The notes beneath the pieces are model-generated. The model was not told where the DNA came from. It worked only from the letters and a program-made list of their open reading frames with translations, and ran no database searches. Below, piece after piece: positions 9,606 through 20,199 of a stretch of DNA of 64,000 bases. Both the position numbers and the translations under genes were made by a program. Positions within the stretch are counted from its first letter, which is position 1; every line of letters starts with the position of its first letter. Where the stretch lies: assembly GCA_041739575.1 (NCBI GenBank), contig JBGSNT010000290.1, positions 9 through 64,008 of the forward strand. The letters are read 5' to 3'. The stretch is from Nodosilinea sp. Its GTDB lineage: Bacteria; Cyanobacteriota; Cyanobacteriia; Phormidesmidales; Phormidesmidaceae.

Positions 9606-11384
9606 CTAGGGATGTGGCGTCACAGTCACCGGGTTGACGGGGTGATCTAATTTCTCCGCCATCATAGCCTCCACGGCGGCCGGGGCCAGGGGCCGAGAAA
9701 ACAGGTAGCCCTGGCCTAACTCACAGCGCAGCGCCTTAAGTTGGGCGTGGTGACGGGGGGTTTCAATGCCTTCAGCGACCACATCGAGGCCCAGGTTCCA
9801 GGCGAGGCGCACCACCGACTGCAAAATTTCCAGTTTTTCAAAGTCTTGATCCGCGTTTTCAATGAACGAACGATCTATCTTCAGGCAGTCAAAGGGAAAG
9901 CGGTGTAGATAACTCAACGATGAATACCCTGTGCCAAAGTCGTCCACCAGCAGCTTGATCCCCATCGCCTTAATCTGTTTCAGGGTCTCAATGATGCTGT
10001 CGGAATGATCGATCAGTACCCCCTCAGTGATCTCAATCTTGAGCCGGTGGGGAGAAAACCCCGTCTCATCGACAATTCGCTGAATTTTGGCGACTAGGTC
10101 CTGCTGGGAAAACTGCTTGCTCGACATGTTAACGCTCACCGTAAAGTTAGCCATGGCGGGATAGGTCGAACTCCACAGGTGCATCTGGCGGCAGGCTTCG
10201 GCAATTACCCACCAGCCCAGCGGAATAATCAACCCGGTCTCCTCGGCAATGTGAATAAACTCTCCGGGCAGCAGCAGGCCACGGGCGGGGTGCTGCCATC
10301 GCACCAGTGCCTCAAACCCACAGATCTCCTGATTGTTGATGGTCACAATGGGCTGGTAGTGCAGGCGCAGTTCGCCCCGTTCTAGCGCCTGGCGCAGCTC
10401 AACCTCAGTTTTTAACCGCAGGTTTTCCTGTATCTGTAGGGAATTGTCAAACACATGCCAGCCCCGCTCAGGACTGGATTTGACCTGGTACATGGCGGTG
10501 TCGGCATCGCGGAGCCAGTCTTCGGCACTTTGGTAGGTGGCTGGCCCCAGGGCAATGCCCATGCTGGCATCAATATAAACATCCTGCTGCTGCAGAAAAA
10601 AGGGCTGCTGGATGGTCTGGCGGATCTGCTCGGCCAGATCGATAGCGACGGAGATGGTGGGGATATCTTCTAACAAAACGGCAAACTCATCGCCCCCGAG
10701 GCGAGCGACGGTGGCTGTAGAGCTGATCTGAGTCCGCAGGCGGGCGGCCAGTTCTACCAAAAGTTCGTCTCCTGCCGCGTGGCCCAGGGTGTCGTTGATG
10801 ACCTTAAAGCGATCAAGGTCGATAAACAGGAGGGCCATTAGGGCGGGTTGGTGATCTTGGCTGCGGGCCAGGGCATGGCTGAGGCGATCCAAAAACAGAT
10901 CCCGATTGGGTAGCCCCGTCAGGGTGTCATGGAGCGCCTGGGTGAGGAGGCTGGTCTCTCGCTGCTTGACGGCGGAAATATCTCGAATCGTGATCAGGGC
11001 GGCGGCACCAAAGCTGGAAAATGGTGCTCCGCTGATGGAAACCCAGCGCCTGTGGGGCGGCGTAGTCCCCGTCAGCAGGAGTTCTTCTTCCTGCAGGTGC
11101 TGACCTGCCAGGATTCGCTGTAGGGGCAGGTCAGAGGTCGCAAATGGCCGTTCGTGATGATCTAAAAGCTGATAGAAAAATTCGCCACCGCTGCCCCCTA
11201 GTCCAGCAATGCTTCCTGGTAGAAGTGCCTCAGCCGCCGGATTGCACAGCAGAGGCTTGCCCGTGGCGTCAACGACAACAATGGCCTCGGGTAGGTGACT
11301 GAGTACGGCCAGGGACATCTCGGTATTTGGACAGTGGAGCTGGGGCATGGGGCAACCGTGGCGAAGGAATGGGCAGAACAGCAT
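9606..11384 (-). CDS. PAS-GGDEF-EAL signalling protein (c-di-GMP cyclase/phosphodiesterase)
   Basis: Intact RLGGDEFAVLL motif, EAL domain (EALVRWQHP, DDFGTGYSSLSYL), N-terminal PAS-like region. Confidence 0.9.
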   Translation of the reverse strand: MLFCPFLRHGCPMPQLHCPNTEMSLAVLSHLPEAIVVVDATGKPLLCNPAAEALLPGSIAGLGGSGGEFFYQLLDHHERPFATSDLPLQRILAGQHLQEEELLLTGTTPPHRRWVSISGAPFSSFGAAALITIRDISAVKQRETSLLTQALHDTLTGLPNRDLFLDRLSHALARSQDHQPALMALLFIDLDRFKVINDTLGHAAGDELLVELAARLRTQISSTATVARLGGDEFAVLLEDIPTISVAIDLAEQIRQTIQQPFFLQQQDVYIDASMGIALGPATYQSAEDWLRDADTAMYQVKSSPERGWHVFDNSLQIQENLRLKTEVELRQALERGELRLHYQPIVTINNQEICGFEALVRWQHPARGLLLPGEFIHIAEETGLIIPLGWWVIAEACRQMHLWSSTYPAMANFTVSVNMSSKQFSQQDLVAKIQRIVDETGFSPHRLKIEITEGVLIDHSDSIIETLKQIKAMGIKLLVDDFGTGYSSLSYLHRFPFDCLKIDRSFIENADQDFEKLEILQSVVRLAWNLGLDVVAEGIETPRHHAQLKALRCELGQGYLFSRPLAPAAVEAMMAEKLDHPVNPVTVTPHP

Positions 11385-11849
11385 TTGATGGCCAGGTCTT
11401 CGCCCCTTGGGTGCCTAGGGCAACTGGCACAGCTGTCCAAGTCAAGATTGGCCTTTGTGTTTCCCTAGGGTGAAACGGGATCGCTCAATCTAGACCGGTA
11501 TTAGTTTGCCCAGAATCGCGGCCCAGTTGCGCCCTGTCCAGGCCAACTACTGCTGGACAAAGAGTTGATGAAGTTTAGGATAAGGATCACGAGATGCTGT
11601 GAAGGGCCTGTAAGCCACCTGGGGTTACCCTCTCGGGGTTTGTTCAGTCAAGCGCCTTACGGCCTAAACTAGAGCTGATGGAAGGAGTGGGCCGCCAGGC
11701 TCGAGACTGATCCTATTGCCCTGTTCATGCCGGGTTCTATATAAGTCAACCGTCCCATTGTGATCCTAACCTTGGGCCTTGGGCGATTTGGTTGAGGGCC
11801 GACAGCCCCCAACCTGGGGGTGTGGTTAAATAGCCAGGCTGGCGAAGAT

Positions 11850-13703
11850 ATGTTGGGCCGCATGGAGCAAACATTACTGGGGGGTCGGTATCAAGTTATC
11901 CGGCGGCTGGGGTCAGGGGGGTTCAGCCGTACCTTTTTGGTGACCGATATTCACCTACCGAACCATCCCCGGTGTGTGATCAAACAGCTCAAGGTTCAGG
12001 ATAAGGATACCGGCACCCTGGACATGGCCCGCCGCCTGTTTGACACTGAGGCCAGGGTGCTCTATCAGCTGGGCAATCACCCTCAAATTCCTTCCCTGAT
12101 GGCTCACTTCGAGGAAGATCAAGAGTTCTATTTGGCCCAGGAATATATTGAGGGCAGCCGGCTCAATCGCCAGGTGGAGGAGGGCAAGCCCTGGTCAGAG
12201 ACTCGGGTGGTGCTACTGCTGCAGGAGGTGCTGGAAATTCTTGCCTTTGTACATCGCCAGCAGGTGATTCACCGAGATATTAAGCCCTCCAACCTGATTC
12301 GTCGCCACCGGGACGGCAAAATGGTCTTGATTGACTTTGGGGCGGTTAAGCAGGTCACCTCGTCGCCGCTGCTCGATGCCGAAACCGGTGCTACCAACAT
12401 TACCGTTGCGATTGGGACCCACGGCTATATGCCCAACGAGCAATATGCGGGTAAACCTCGATTCAGCAGCGATGTCTATGCCGTGGGTATTCTGGGTATT
12501 CGAGCTCTGACCGGTATGCATCCCCAGAAAATTGAAGAGGACTCGATTACCAGCGAGCTGTCCTGGCGACAGTATGCCCCCACGGTGTCGTCATCGCTGG
12601 CGGCGGTGCTCGACAAAATGGTGCGCTATGACTTTCGCGATCGCTACCCCACCGCCCAGGAGGCCCTCGAAGCGCTACAAAATCTGCCCAACCCGATGCA
12701 GGGCCTATTGACCAGCCATATCTACCAAACTTGGATGAAGGGCGCTAACGGTCGGGGGCCGACTATTCCTGGCGAAGATGACAACACGGCGGTGGGCCCC
12801 ACCGAGACATCAGAACCGACGGCCTTTGCCGATGACCAAGACTCGACCTCGCTGTTCCCGGTCGATCTGGCCTACGGCAATGGCAGCGCTGCGGCTGCCT
12901 CGGCAGAGTCTGCTGGAGTAGGTAGGCCAGTGGCACCAGATCGCCTCGGGAAGGTGCTGCGGCAGCAATCGTTCGTGACCGTCGGCCTGCTGAGTGCCCT
13001 AGGACTGGGCCTGGTGCTCTGGCGCAGTGGCCTCACCGTTGCCTTTGAACCTACTGGGGCTGGGCCCATAACGGCCTTTCAGTCCGCCGATCCGCCGCAG
13101 TTGACCACTGACCTGGGCCTGCTGCTGCCCCCGGAGGAAAAGGCTAGCTATCTGACTCGTCAGGGCGATCGCCTGTTGGCCAAAAATCGCTACCCCGATG
13201 CCCTGTCTACCTACAACGAAGCGGTGGAGGCCCAATCTGACTATGCGCCGGCCTACCTGGGGCGATGCAAGGCTCTCATCGCCCTGAAACGCCCTAGTGA
13301 GGCCATTGCCGCCTGCGACGATGCCCTCGCCTACAGCACCTACTACCCGGAGGCGGTGCGCAGCAAGGGCAGCGCCGAGGAGCAACAGGGCCATCTGCTG
13401 GCGGCCCTAGCCCTGTATGAAAGCGCTAACCGTCAGCGGCCTGCCATGTTTGAGCCCTGGCTTGACCGGGGCCGGGTGCTGCAAAAGCTAGGTCGATCGG
13501 CAGAGGCGATCGCGGCCATTGACCAGGCGATCGCCCGCGATCGCGAGTCAGCCGAAGCCTGGACCGTACGTGGCGAAGCCACCTGGGCGCTAGAGCGCTA
13601 CGACCAGTCCATTGTCGCCCTAGAGAAAGCACTGCAAATAGACCCCAACTACGGCCCAGCCCAAGATCTGCGCCAGCGGGTGCGTCAGACCCTAGGGCGG
13701 TAA
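11850..13703 (+). CDS. Ser/Thr protein kinase with a TM segment and C-terminal TPR repeats
   Basis: GSGGFSRTF glycine loop, VIKQL lysine, HRDIKPSN, DFG, one TM helix (VTVGLLSALGLGLVLW), then TPR-like repeats. ATG at 11850 chosen (the track ORF starts at 11820). Confidence 0.9.
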   Translation: MLGRMEQTLLGGRYQVIRRLGSGGFSRTFLVTDIHLPNHPRCVIKQLKVQDKDTGTLDMARRLFDTEARVLYQLGNHPQIPSLMAHFEEDQEFYLAQEYIEGSRLNRQVEEGKPWSETRVVLLLQEVLEILAFVHRQQVIHRDIKPSNLIRRHRDGKMVLIDFGAVKQVTSSPLLDAETGATNITVAIGTHGYMPNEQYAGKPRFSSDVYAVGILGIRALTGMHPQKIEEDSITSELSWRQYAPTVSSSLAAVLDKMVRYDFRDRYPTAQEALEALQNLPNPMQGLLTSHIYQTWMKGANGRGPTIPGEDDNTAVGPTETSEPTAFADDQDSTSLFPVDLAYGNGSAAAASAESAGVGRPVAPDRLGKVLRQQSFVTVGLLSALGLGLVLWRSGLTVAFEPTGAGPITAFQSADPPQLTTDLGLLLPPEEKASYLTRQGDRLLAKNRYPDALSTYNEAVEAQSDYAPAYLGRCKALIALKRPSEAIAACDDALAYSTYYPEAVRSKGSAEEQQGHLLAALALYESANRQRPAMFEPWLDRGRVLQKLGRSAEAIAAIDQAIARDRESAEAWTVRGEATWALERYDQSIVALEKALQIDPNYGPAQDLRQRVRQTLGR

Positions 13704-13715
13704 GCGGCAGAGCGG

Positions 13716-14576
13716 CTACTCCTCCAGTACCTCTATCCGAATCTCGGCGTTGAGGCTGGCACCAACCCGGCTGCCCTCCTGGGTGGTGCCACTAATGGGC
13801 AGGGTTTGGGTGGGAAACGGGCTAGCTACCAGAGCGATGTGGCGATCGCTCACCGCCAGCCCGTGGGTAGGGTCAAACCCGCGCCAGCCACCGCCGGGCA
13901 CATACACTTCGACCCAGGCGTGCAGGTCGCGATCGGGAATAGTGCTGTCGCCCTCTTCGTAGCCACTGACAAAGCGAGCCGCTAACCCCACCGCCCGGCA
14001 GGCTTCCATAAACAGCACCACTAGGTCGCGGCAGCTGCCCGTTTTTTTTCCCCAGGTAACCCCCCCTGGCAAGGGATGTCCCGTAGGACGATTGATATAG
14101 GCACAATCCTGGTAAATACGACTGGCCAGGGTGGTTAAGAAAAAGCCCACGTTGCCTTCTACCTGGTAGGCGATCGCCTGGGCCAGATCGATGACGCCGG
14201 GGGCGATGGGGCCATGGGTCTCGCTGAGGTAGGGGGCCAGGGTCGTCCGCACCGTGGTGGGGTAATCGATCGGTAGGGCGGCAGCCCAGGATTCGGCCAA
14301 GTAGTCAAAGGGGTTAACCCGATAGGTTTCAACCTCGGCGGTGGTGACCAGGGTGAGCTGGTCAGTGGGGGTGGGGGCAAACCAGAGGCCAATGGTGCTG
14401 TTGCCGTCGGTGTCGACGATGGCCGCCTGCTGGGCCGGGGCTGGGTCAATCTCCAGGTCAAAATTCCACAGGTGCTGAGCACTGTCGCTGCGGGGGCGGA
14501 GGCGCAGTATGTGCTGGCGGAGGGTAACTGGCTGTTGGTAGCGGTATTGGGTAAGGTGCCGAATTCTATAGCGCAT
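13716..14576 (-). CDS. Transglutaminase-family protein (N-terminal Bact_transglu_N plus transglutaminase core)
   Basis: Cys-His-Asp core: GSCRDLVVLF, HAWVEVYVPGGGWRGFDPT. Confidence 0.85.
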   Translation of the reverse strand: MRYRIRHLTQYRYQQPVTLRQHILRLRPRSDSAQHLWNFDLEIDPAPAQQAAIVDTDGNSTIGLWFAPTPTDQLTLVTTAEVETYRVNPFDYLAESWAAALPIDYPTTVRTTLAPYLSETHGPIAPGVIDLAQAIAYQVEGNVGFFLTTLASRIYQDCAYINRPTGHPLPGGVTWGKKTGSCRDLVVLFMEACRAVGLAARFVSGYEEGDSTIPDRDLHAWVEVYVPGGGWRGFDPTHGLAVSDRHIALVASPFPTQTLPISGTTQEGSRVGASLNAEIRIEVLEE

Positions 14577-15087
14577 GGCAAAGATCAGTCTTTAGTAAAA
14601 AGTTATGGAGAGTAATAACGCAGGATATCGAGTTGGCCCTCTGGGGTAAAAAATGGTCTAAATCAAGTGTCTCGCTTCGGGTCCTTCGTCAATAGGTAAC
14701 GAACCTAGATAAATCAACCTACGGAGCGCCGTTGCCAGCATAGGGATCCAGTACTTGTCGAATTATCCCCTCATCATGGGCCTCGGCATAGGCTGATTCA
14801 ACTCCCTGGGGCATAGATTAAAGCACTATGAGAATAACTCTGCTCAAGGGCGGGGATCATGCACCCGCAGGTGATCCCAAGGTTAAGCATTTATAAAATA
14901 AAGTTGCTTACCCCAAAAAACGAAGACATAATGAAAACAAGGCAAACGAAATTTTAGCCTATGGATCCTGCGATAGCGTTTGAAGTAATCTCAGCATGAA
15001 AGTAACATTCTGAAATTATTTTTTATTCAAATTGCCTCCGCATAATATCTCTAGTTTCTCCTATTAAAAAGCTGTCGGAGTCACAAA

Positions 15088-15276
15088 ATGATTGGTCATT
15101 CTCAACAGGTACATTGCCCTAACTGTGGTCATCTGGCCGAACGGCACCACATTGATCCGGACCAGCTGGTGCGCACTCAGTGTGCCGCCTGTGACTATTT
15201 GATGATCACCTGCGCCCGCACAGGCAAAGTCATTGAGGCCTATGCGCCGGGGTTATTTGCTGCCTCAGCCTGCTAG
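15088..15276 (+). CDS. Small zinc-ribbon protein (CxxC...CxxC), hypothetical
   Basis: 62 aa with CPNCG and CAACD pairs. GGAG sits 9 nt upstream of the ATG. Preceded by an AT-rich leader. Confidence 0.5.
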   Translation: MIGHSQQVHCPNCGHLAERHHIDPDQLVRTQCAACDYLMITCARTGKVIEAYAPGLFAASAC

Positions 15277-15361
15277 TAGACTGCCACCTAGGGTTGGTGG
15301 CTGGGGCTAACAACAGAGGCGCTACGGAGGTCGGAGGTAGTTTAACTTTCGCCCAGCGAGA

Positions 15362-17197
15362 CTAGTCAACGTTGTAGAGCGGTAGAGATGCCTCTATCGC
15401 TTCCACCTCATCGCGCAGCCATAGTTGGCGGGGTGCACCGATACGGATGTGGTGGTGGTCAAAGGCCATTTTTAGCCGCCGCCGAAATTCCATTGACACT
15501 AGCCACTGCTTGAGCGGCAGGGTCTTGATCCAGATGTGAATCAAAATACCGGTGTGGGAGATGTGCTGCACCCCAAAAAATTCGTGGGTATCGAGAATCA
15601 GCGGTTTCCACTCGGGGTCGGCAGCCAGAGCGTCGGCGGTTTCCCGCACCACCGCTAGCGCCTGGTTGACGTCGGTGTTGTAGGCCACCTCAACGTCGAT
15701 AGTGGCCCGCGACCAGTGGCGGGTCATATTTTTGACCTGGCTAATCGAACTATTGGGCAGGGTAATCAGTTCCCCGGCCGGGTTGCGTAGCTGGGTTATC
15801 CGCAGGTTGAAGTTTTCGACGAAGCCATCGATATCGCCCACCATAATCACATCGCCAATGCGAAACTGATCTTCCAACAAGATCAAAAACCCGTTGACCA
15901 GGTCTTTTACCAGGTTTTGGGCCGCGAAGGAAATAACTAACGCCACCAGCGTTCCCAAGGCCAGCACTGACCCCGGCACTAGGTTCAGCCACTGCAACAC
16001 CCAGAGGAAGCCTACGGTGTAGACAAACACCATCTTCACGCCCTTAATCACCTGGGCGATGGTTTGAATACGCTGCAAGTTGGTGGAGGTCAACGACTGC
16101 CCACGGGCAAACCGTTGAATAAAGCGATCGACGGCTAGGTTAATCAGGCGATCGCTTAGCCCCACCACCAGCCAGGTGATCAAAATGACGATTGGCGCCA
16201 GCACTATCTTTTTGGCAAACTGGCGGGTTTGGGGAAACAAATTAAAACTATAGGCAGTGCCCAGCGCCCACAGTAGCGCAATGCCCCAAAACAAAACCCA
16301 CCGCAGTAGTCTAACGACGTAGAGCTGACGCTCTAGCTTGAGGTGCTGGTATAACCCCGGATCTGGAGCATCATAGATATTGTTCTGGGCGACGCCAACT
16401 GTATTGTCTTGGGCCTCAATGAGGACAGACTCAGCCATCCTACGCTGTCGCAAACGATGCTCGTAGCGGCCCAGCCAAACTCGGAATGTGCCCAAAATAA
16501 GCGTTAATGCCACAGTTGCCGCCAGCACCTTAACCGTCTGACTCACCTGCTGTCGAAAGGCTTCAGGCTGTCGCAGCGCCACGGCCTGTTGTAGTTCTTG
16601 ACTCAAAATATCTTGCCACTGTTCCGCCAATGCCTGTTTGCTAGAGGCCGCGTGGTACTGAGCATCGGCATTGGTGACGGTCAATAACACCCTAGACTCG
16701 ACTAAACCTCCGTCTTGGGCAAACAAAACCGGCAGGTTATCGATTGTCTTGATCACCACCTCCATAGTGTCGGGGTTTAGTGGCGTGGCCACCGAACGGC
16801 TACTTGGAAACAACTGCTCTAGGTTGGATTCTATTTGTCGCGCTCTCACCTCCACCGGCAGCTGGTTACTCACCTCGGCCCGGTTAAATACTGCGGGGGA
16901 GGCAATGCGAAAGAGTTCTTGGCCATCGAGCTGCACCCCTGTCGACTCCAGCGTGCCACGCCGTTCCACATCGATTGGCAGAGGTTCACTGCTGCCATCA
17001 GGGAAGATCGGGGGAAGAAACTGAGCCAGGGCAATGGTTCCCCCAAAAGTTGGGCTGGTGAGGACAACGGCGAGAATGGTTAGGCTAGCTAATATCAGCA
17101 GTCGAGCTCGGTTCCAAAGGAGAAGAGGGAGCATAGGACAGGTTTTGAGTAGGCTACGCCCTAACCTAACTGCTAATAAAGTTTTGTCAAGTTGCAT
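15362..17197 (-). CDS. Mechanosensitive ion channel, MscS family, large type
   Basis: 611 aa with multiple TM helices, then the MscS beta-domain (DQFRIGDVIMVGDIDGFVENFNLRITQLRN). Confidence 0.85.
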   Translation of the reverse strand: MQLDKTLLAVRLGRSLLKTCPMLPLLLWNRARLLILASLTILAVVLTSPTFGGTIALAQFLPPIFPDGSSEPLPIDVERRGTLESTGVQLDGQELFRIASPAVFNRAEVSNQLPVEVRARQIESNLEQLFPSSRSVATPLNPDTMEVVIKTIDNLPVLFAQDGGLVESRVLLTVTNADAQYHAASSKQALAEQWQDILSQELQQAVALRQPEAFRQQVSQTVKVLAATVALTLILGTFRVWLGRYEHRLRQRRMAESVLIEAQDNTVGVAQNNIYDAPDPGLYQHLKLERQLYVVRLLRWVLFWGIALLWALGTAYSFNLFPQTRQFAKKIVLAPIVILITWLVVGLSDRLINLAVDRFIQRFARGQSLTSTNLQRIQTIAQVIKGVKMVFVYTVGFLWVLQWLNLVPGSVLALGTLVALVISFAAQNLVKDLVNGFLILLEDQFRIGDVIMVGDIDGFVENFNLRITQLRNPAGELITLPNSSISQVKNMTRHWSRATIDVEVAYNTDVNQALAVVRETADALAADPEWKPLILDTHEFFGVQHISHTGILIHIWIKTLPLKQWLVSMEFRRRLKMAFDHHHIRIGAPRQLWLRDEVEAIEASLPLYNVD

Positions 17198-17445
17198 GGC
17201 TGACAGGCCGCAATGATAAATTCAAGAATAGTTAGGATGCATGACATAGCGGTACTGTCGGAGTTCGTACTCTCGACCCGTCTACACTCGCTCTGATTGC
17301 GGGTACACCTCATCGTTGGCATCCAGATAGGCCAACCACTCATACCAGGAAGGCCGGATGGGAGGTGGGCAGACAGACGAAAATTAAGTTGACCTGAGTA
17401 TGATTAGCACAGGGCATGGGCCAAGGGCTGACCTCCAGGCCATCC

Positions 17446-18345
17446 CTAGCCGCGAAACTCCGAGGCCACAATCATGGAGCCAATGCCCAGGTCGGTGAAA
17501 ATTTCCAGCAGTAGGGCGTGGGGCACTCGGCCATCGACAATGTGGGCTGCACCCACTCCCTGGGCCAGCGATCGCACACAGCAGGTCACCTTGGGGATCA
17601 TTCCACCGGCCACGATCCCCGTCTCGATCAGATTGCGCGCCTGCTGAATATCCAACTGGGGCAGCAGGGTGGAGGGATCTTTATAATCCTTTAGAATCCC
17701 CTTCGTATCGGTGAGTAAAATCAGCTTCTCGGCCCCCAGGGCAGCGGCTATTTCACCGGCCACTGTGTCGGCATTGATGTTGTAGACCTGTCCCGTTTCA
17801 TCGCTGGCCACGCTCGACACAATGGGAATGTAGCCCGCCTCCACCAGGGTTTTTAGGATGCCCGAATCGATGCCGCTCACCTCGCCGACAAAGCCTACGT
17901 CGGCCGAGCCCTGGGGCCGGGCGGTAATCAGGTTGCCGTCTTTGCCGCACAGGCCCACGGCCTTGCCGCCGGCCTGGTTAATCAGCGACACCAGTTCCTT
18001 ATTCACCCGGCCCACCAGCACCATTTCCACCACGTCCATGGTGGGGGCATCGGTCACCCGAAGACCATCCTTAAACTGGGGCTCAATGCCCAGCTTGCCC
18101 AGCCAAATATTGATCTCTGGTCCGCCGCCGTGCACCACCACCGGGCGAATGCCCACAGAGGCCATAAATACAATGTCGCGAATCACGTCGGCCTTGAGAC
18201 TGCCATCTTTCATGGCGGCCCCGCCGTATTTGACCACCACCGTGCGGCCCACAAACTTCTGAATGTAGGGCAACGCCTCGCTGAGAATGCGAACCCGTGT
18301 TGCTCCGGCCTCGTCGACCGTTTGCGAAGAAGGAGAGTGAACCAT
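17446..18345 (-). CDS. argB: Acetylglutamate kinase
   Basis: [19 protein letters not shown] and [12 protein letters not shown] motifs, 299 aa. Confidence 0.95.
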   Translation of the reverse strand: MVHSPSSQTVDEAGATRVRILSEALPYIQKFVGRTVVVKYGGAAMKDGSLKADVIRDIVFMASVGIRPVVVHGGGPEINIWLGKLGIEPQFKDGLRVTDAPTMDVVEMVLVGRVNKELVSLINQAGGKAVGLCGKDGNLITARPQGSADVGFVGEVSGIDSGILKTLVEAGYIPIVSSVASDETGQVYNINADTVAGEIAAALGAEKLILLTDTKGILKDYKDPSTLLPQLDIQQARNLIETGIVAGGMIPKVTCCVRSLAQGVGAAHIVDGRVPHALLLEIFTDLGIGSMIVASEFRG

Positions 18346-18375
18346 AGCGCTACCGTTAACGTTGCCAGTAGTGTA

Positions 18376-18939
18376 TCAATTAAGCACCGGGGAATCGGCT
18401 TCAGCCCGGACCCTTTCCTCCACCAGGGCCAGAGTCCGGGCGGCGATCGCGGCTACGCTATCCTCGGCGGCCACCGCCACCCGCACATCGGCCTGGGCGT
18501 AGAGGGTCTGGCGCTGGGCCAGCAGCGTCGTCAGTTTAGTTGCCCAGTCCTGCCCCTGGAGCAGAGGGCGGCCCATATCCCCCGCCAGTCGACTCTGCAA
18601 CAGCTCGGGGGAAACATCCAGCCACACCACAATGCCGTGGTGTAGATAGCTCCAGTTTTGTCGCTGGGTGACAATGCCGCCCCCCGTAGCCACCACCAGC
18701 CGCCGGTAGGCGGACAGTTCGGCCAGCACCTGGGTTTCAATCTGCCGAAAGGCAAGCTCCCCACGCTGGGCAAAGATTTCGGGAATAGCCTGTCCCACTG
18801 CCGCTTCCACCACCCCGTCGGTATCAAAGAACTGATATCCCAGCAGCCGGGCCAGTTCAGCCCCTGTGCTGCTTTTGCCAGCCCCCATCATGCCAATCAG
18901 GTAGAGGTTTATGCCGTTCAGGCGTTCGATCAAAGTCAT
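18376..18939 (-). CDS. aroK: Shikimate kinase
   Basis: P-loop GMMGAGKSSTG, FFDTD, VVATGGG. Confidence 0.9.
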   Translation of the reverse strand: MTLIERLNGINLYLIGMMGAGKSSTGAELARLLGYQFFDTDGVVEAAVGQAIPEIFAQRGELAFRQIETQVLAELSAYRRLVVATGGGIVTQRQNWSYLHHGIVVWLDVSPELLQSRLAGDMGRPLLQGQDWATKLTTLLAQRQTLYAQADVRVAVAAEDSVAAIAARTLALVEERVRAEADSPVLN

Positions 18940-19016
18940 AGGCGCGGGGGTAGAGTGAAGAGGAATAGGGTCAATGTAGCGTTGTCAGCGGGCTCAGGAA
19001 AGGGGGCCTGGAGCCA

Positions 19017-20150
19017 TCAAGGCGTTAGAGCATCGTCGGCCTCATCCCAGTCGTCGGGGTCGGGCTGGGGGCGATCGGCGGTCCAGGTGTCGGAGGTGGC
19101 GGCGGCTTCGGCGGCGGCACCGTAGGGGGGCACAATCACCCGGTAGTCGGCATCCACGACGCCATCCTCTGCCATTTCGGGGTCAGCCAGGGGGATGTCG
19201 CTGTCGGCATCGGCAAAATCAGGGCGATCGCCCTCGTCGTAGGGGGCATCTTCAGAACGCTCCCAGGAGTCCGCGTCGTAGAGGGCGTCGTCTGGGGGAG
19301 CGTAGATACGATCCACCTGGCCGTTCCGGGGCGATGGTTCATCCTCCCCGCCATAGCTATAGGAGTACAGCGATCCATCGCGGTAAACCCGGCGCGGCGC
19401 TTGGGCAGCCTCAAAACTGCGGTTTGGGTCCTCGGCCTCTTGCCAGCCTCGGTTAATATCCTCCAGGCTGTCTTGCACCGGGCTTACCCCAGGGGCCGCG
19501 TAGGGGCGGTCCGCCGCAGGGCCCCAGTCGTCGTCAAGTTCCCGTAGCGACTCATTCACCCGCTGCTGCTGCTTGGCCCGCTGCTTGCTGCTGCTAAACC
19601 AGGTAGTCACACCCTCGACCACCCCAGACACTCCTGAGGCTGAAGCCGTGGGGATTATTTCGGGCCTAGGAGCTCGACTGAGGGATTCCCAATCGGTCCA
19701 CTGGCCGGGGGATTTTAGGTTAGCCCAGTCCCGCCAGTTGGGGTCCTCCGGGGGCGGCGGCCCGCCACTTCTAGGGCCACTTTTGGGGCCAGGCGGGGCG
19801 TAGGAAGGCGGGGTGTTGCGACGGTTGTCTGGGGCACTGGAGCCCCCATAGCCGGTCCGTGCGCCAGGTCCAGCACCAGCATCGGCAGGTTCATAAAAGG
19901 ACTGAGGCCGATACTTGTAGGAGGCTGCCCGATTGCCAGGCCCCCCGCCGATCGACCCTAACAATGCCGTCAGGACTAGGGTCGTCAGCCCCCCTAGCAG
20001 CACCGCACCCACTAGCCAAATCCCCAGCGGTAGGGCCTGGGTAGTACCGCCAAAGAAAACCAAAGGAAGCATGGGAGCCAGGTTTTGCACCCCCAGCAGT
20101 ACCACTATTCCCAATGCCAGTAGGAGCACAATCAGACGTACGGTAGCCAT
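19017..20150 (-). CDS. Membrane-anchored protein with a LapA-like (DUF1049) two-TM N-terminus and a long Pro/Asp/Trp-rich disordered tail
   Basis: N-terminal MATVRLIVLLLALGIVVLLGVQN...LGIWLVGAVLLGGLTTLVL, then about 300 aa of low-complexity sequence with recurring Trp-acidic motifs. Confidence 0.6.
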   Translation of the reverse strand: MATVRLIVLLLALGIVVLLGVQNLAPMLPLVFFGGTTQALPLGIWLVGAVLLGGLTTLVLTALLGSIGGGPGNRAASYKYRPQSFYEPADAGAGPGARTGYGGSSAPDNRRNTPPSYAPPGPKSGPRSGGPPPPEDPNWRDWANLKSPGQWTDWESLSRAPRPEIIPTASASGVSGVVEGVTTWFSSSKQRAKQQQRVNESLRELDDDWGPAADRPYAAPGVSPVQDSLEDINRGWQEAEDPNRSFEAAQAPRRVYRDGSLYSYSYGGEDEPSPRNGQVDRIYAPPDDALYDADSWERSEDAPYDEGDRPDFADADSDIPLADPEMAEDGVVDADYRVIVPPYGAAAEAAATSDTWTADRPQPDPDDWDEADDALTP

Positions 20151-20199
20151 AGATCGCCTTAGAACGCCGTCATGCCTATCCTATCGTGCCAGCCAGTGG

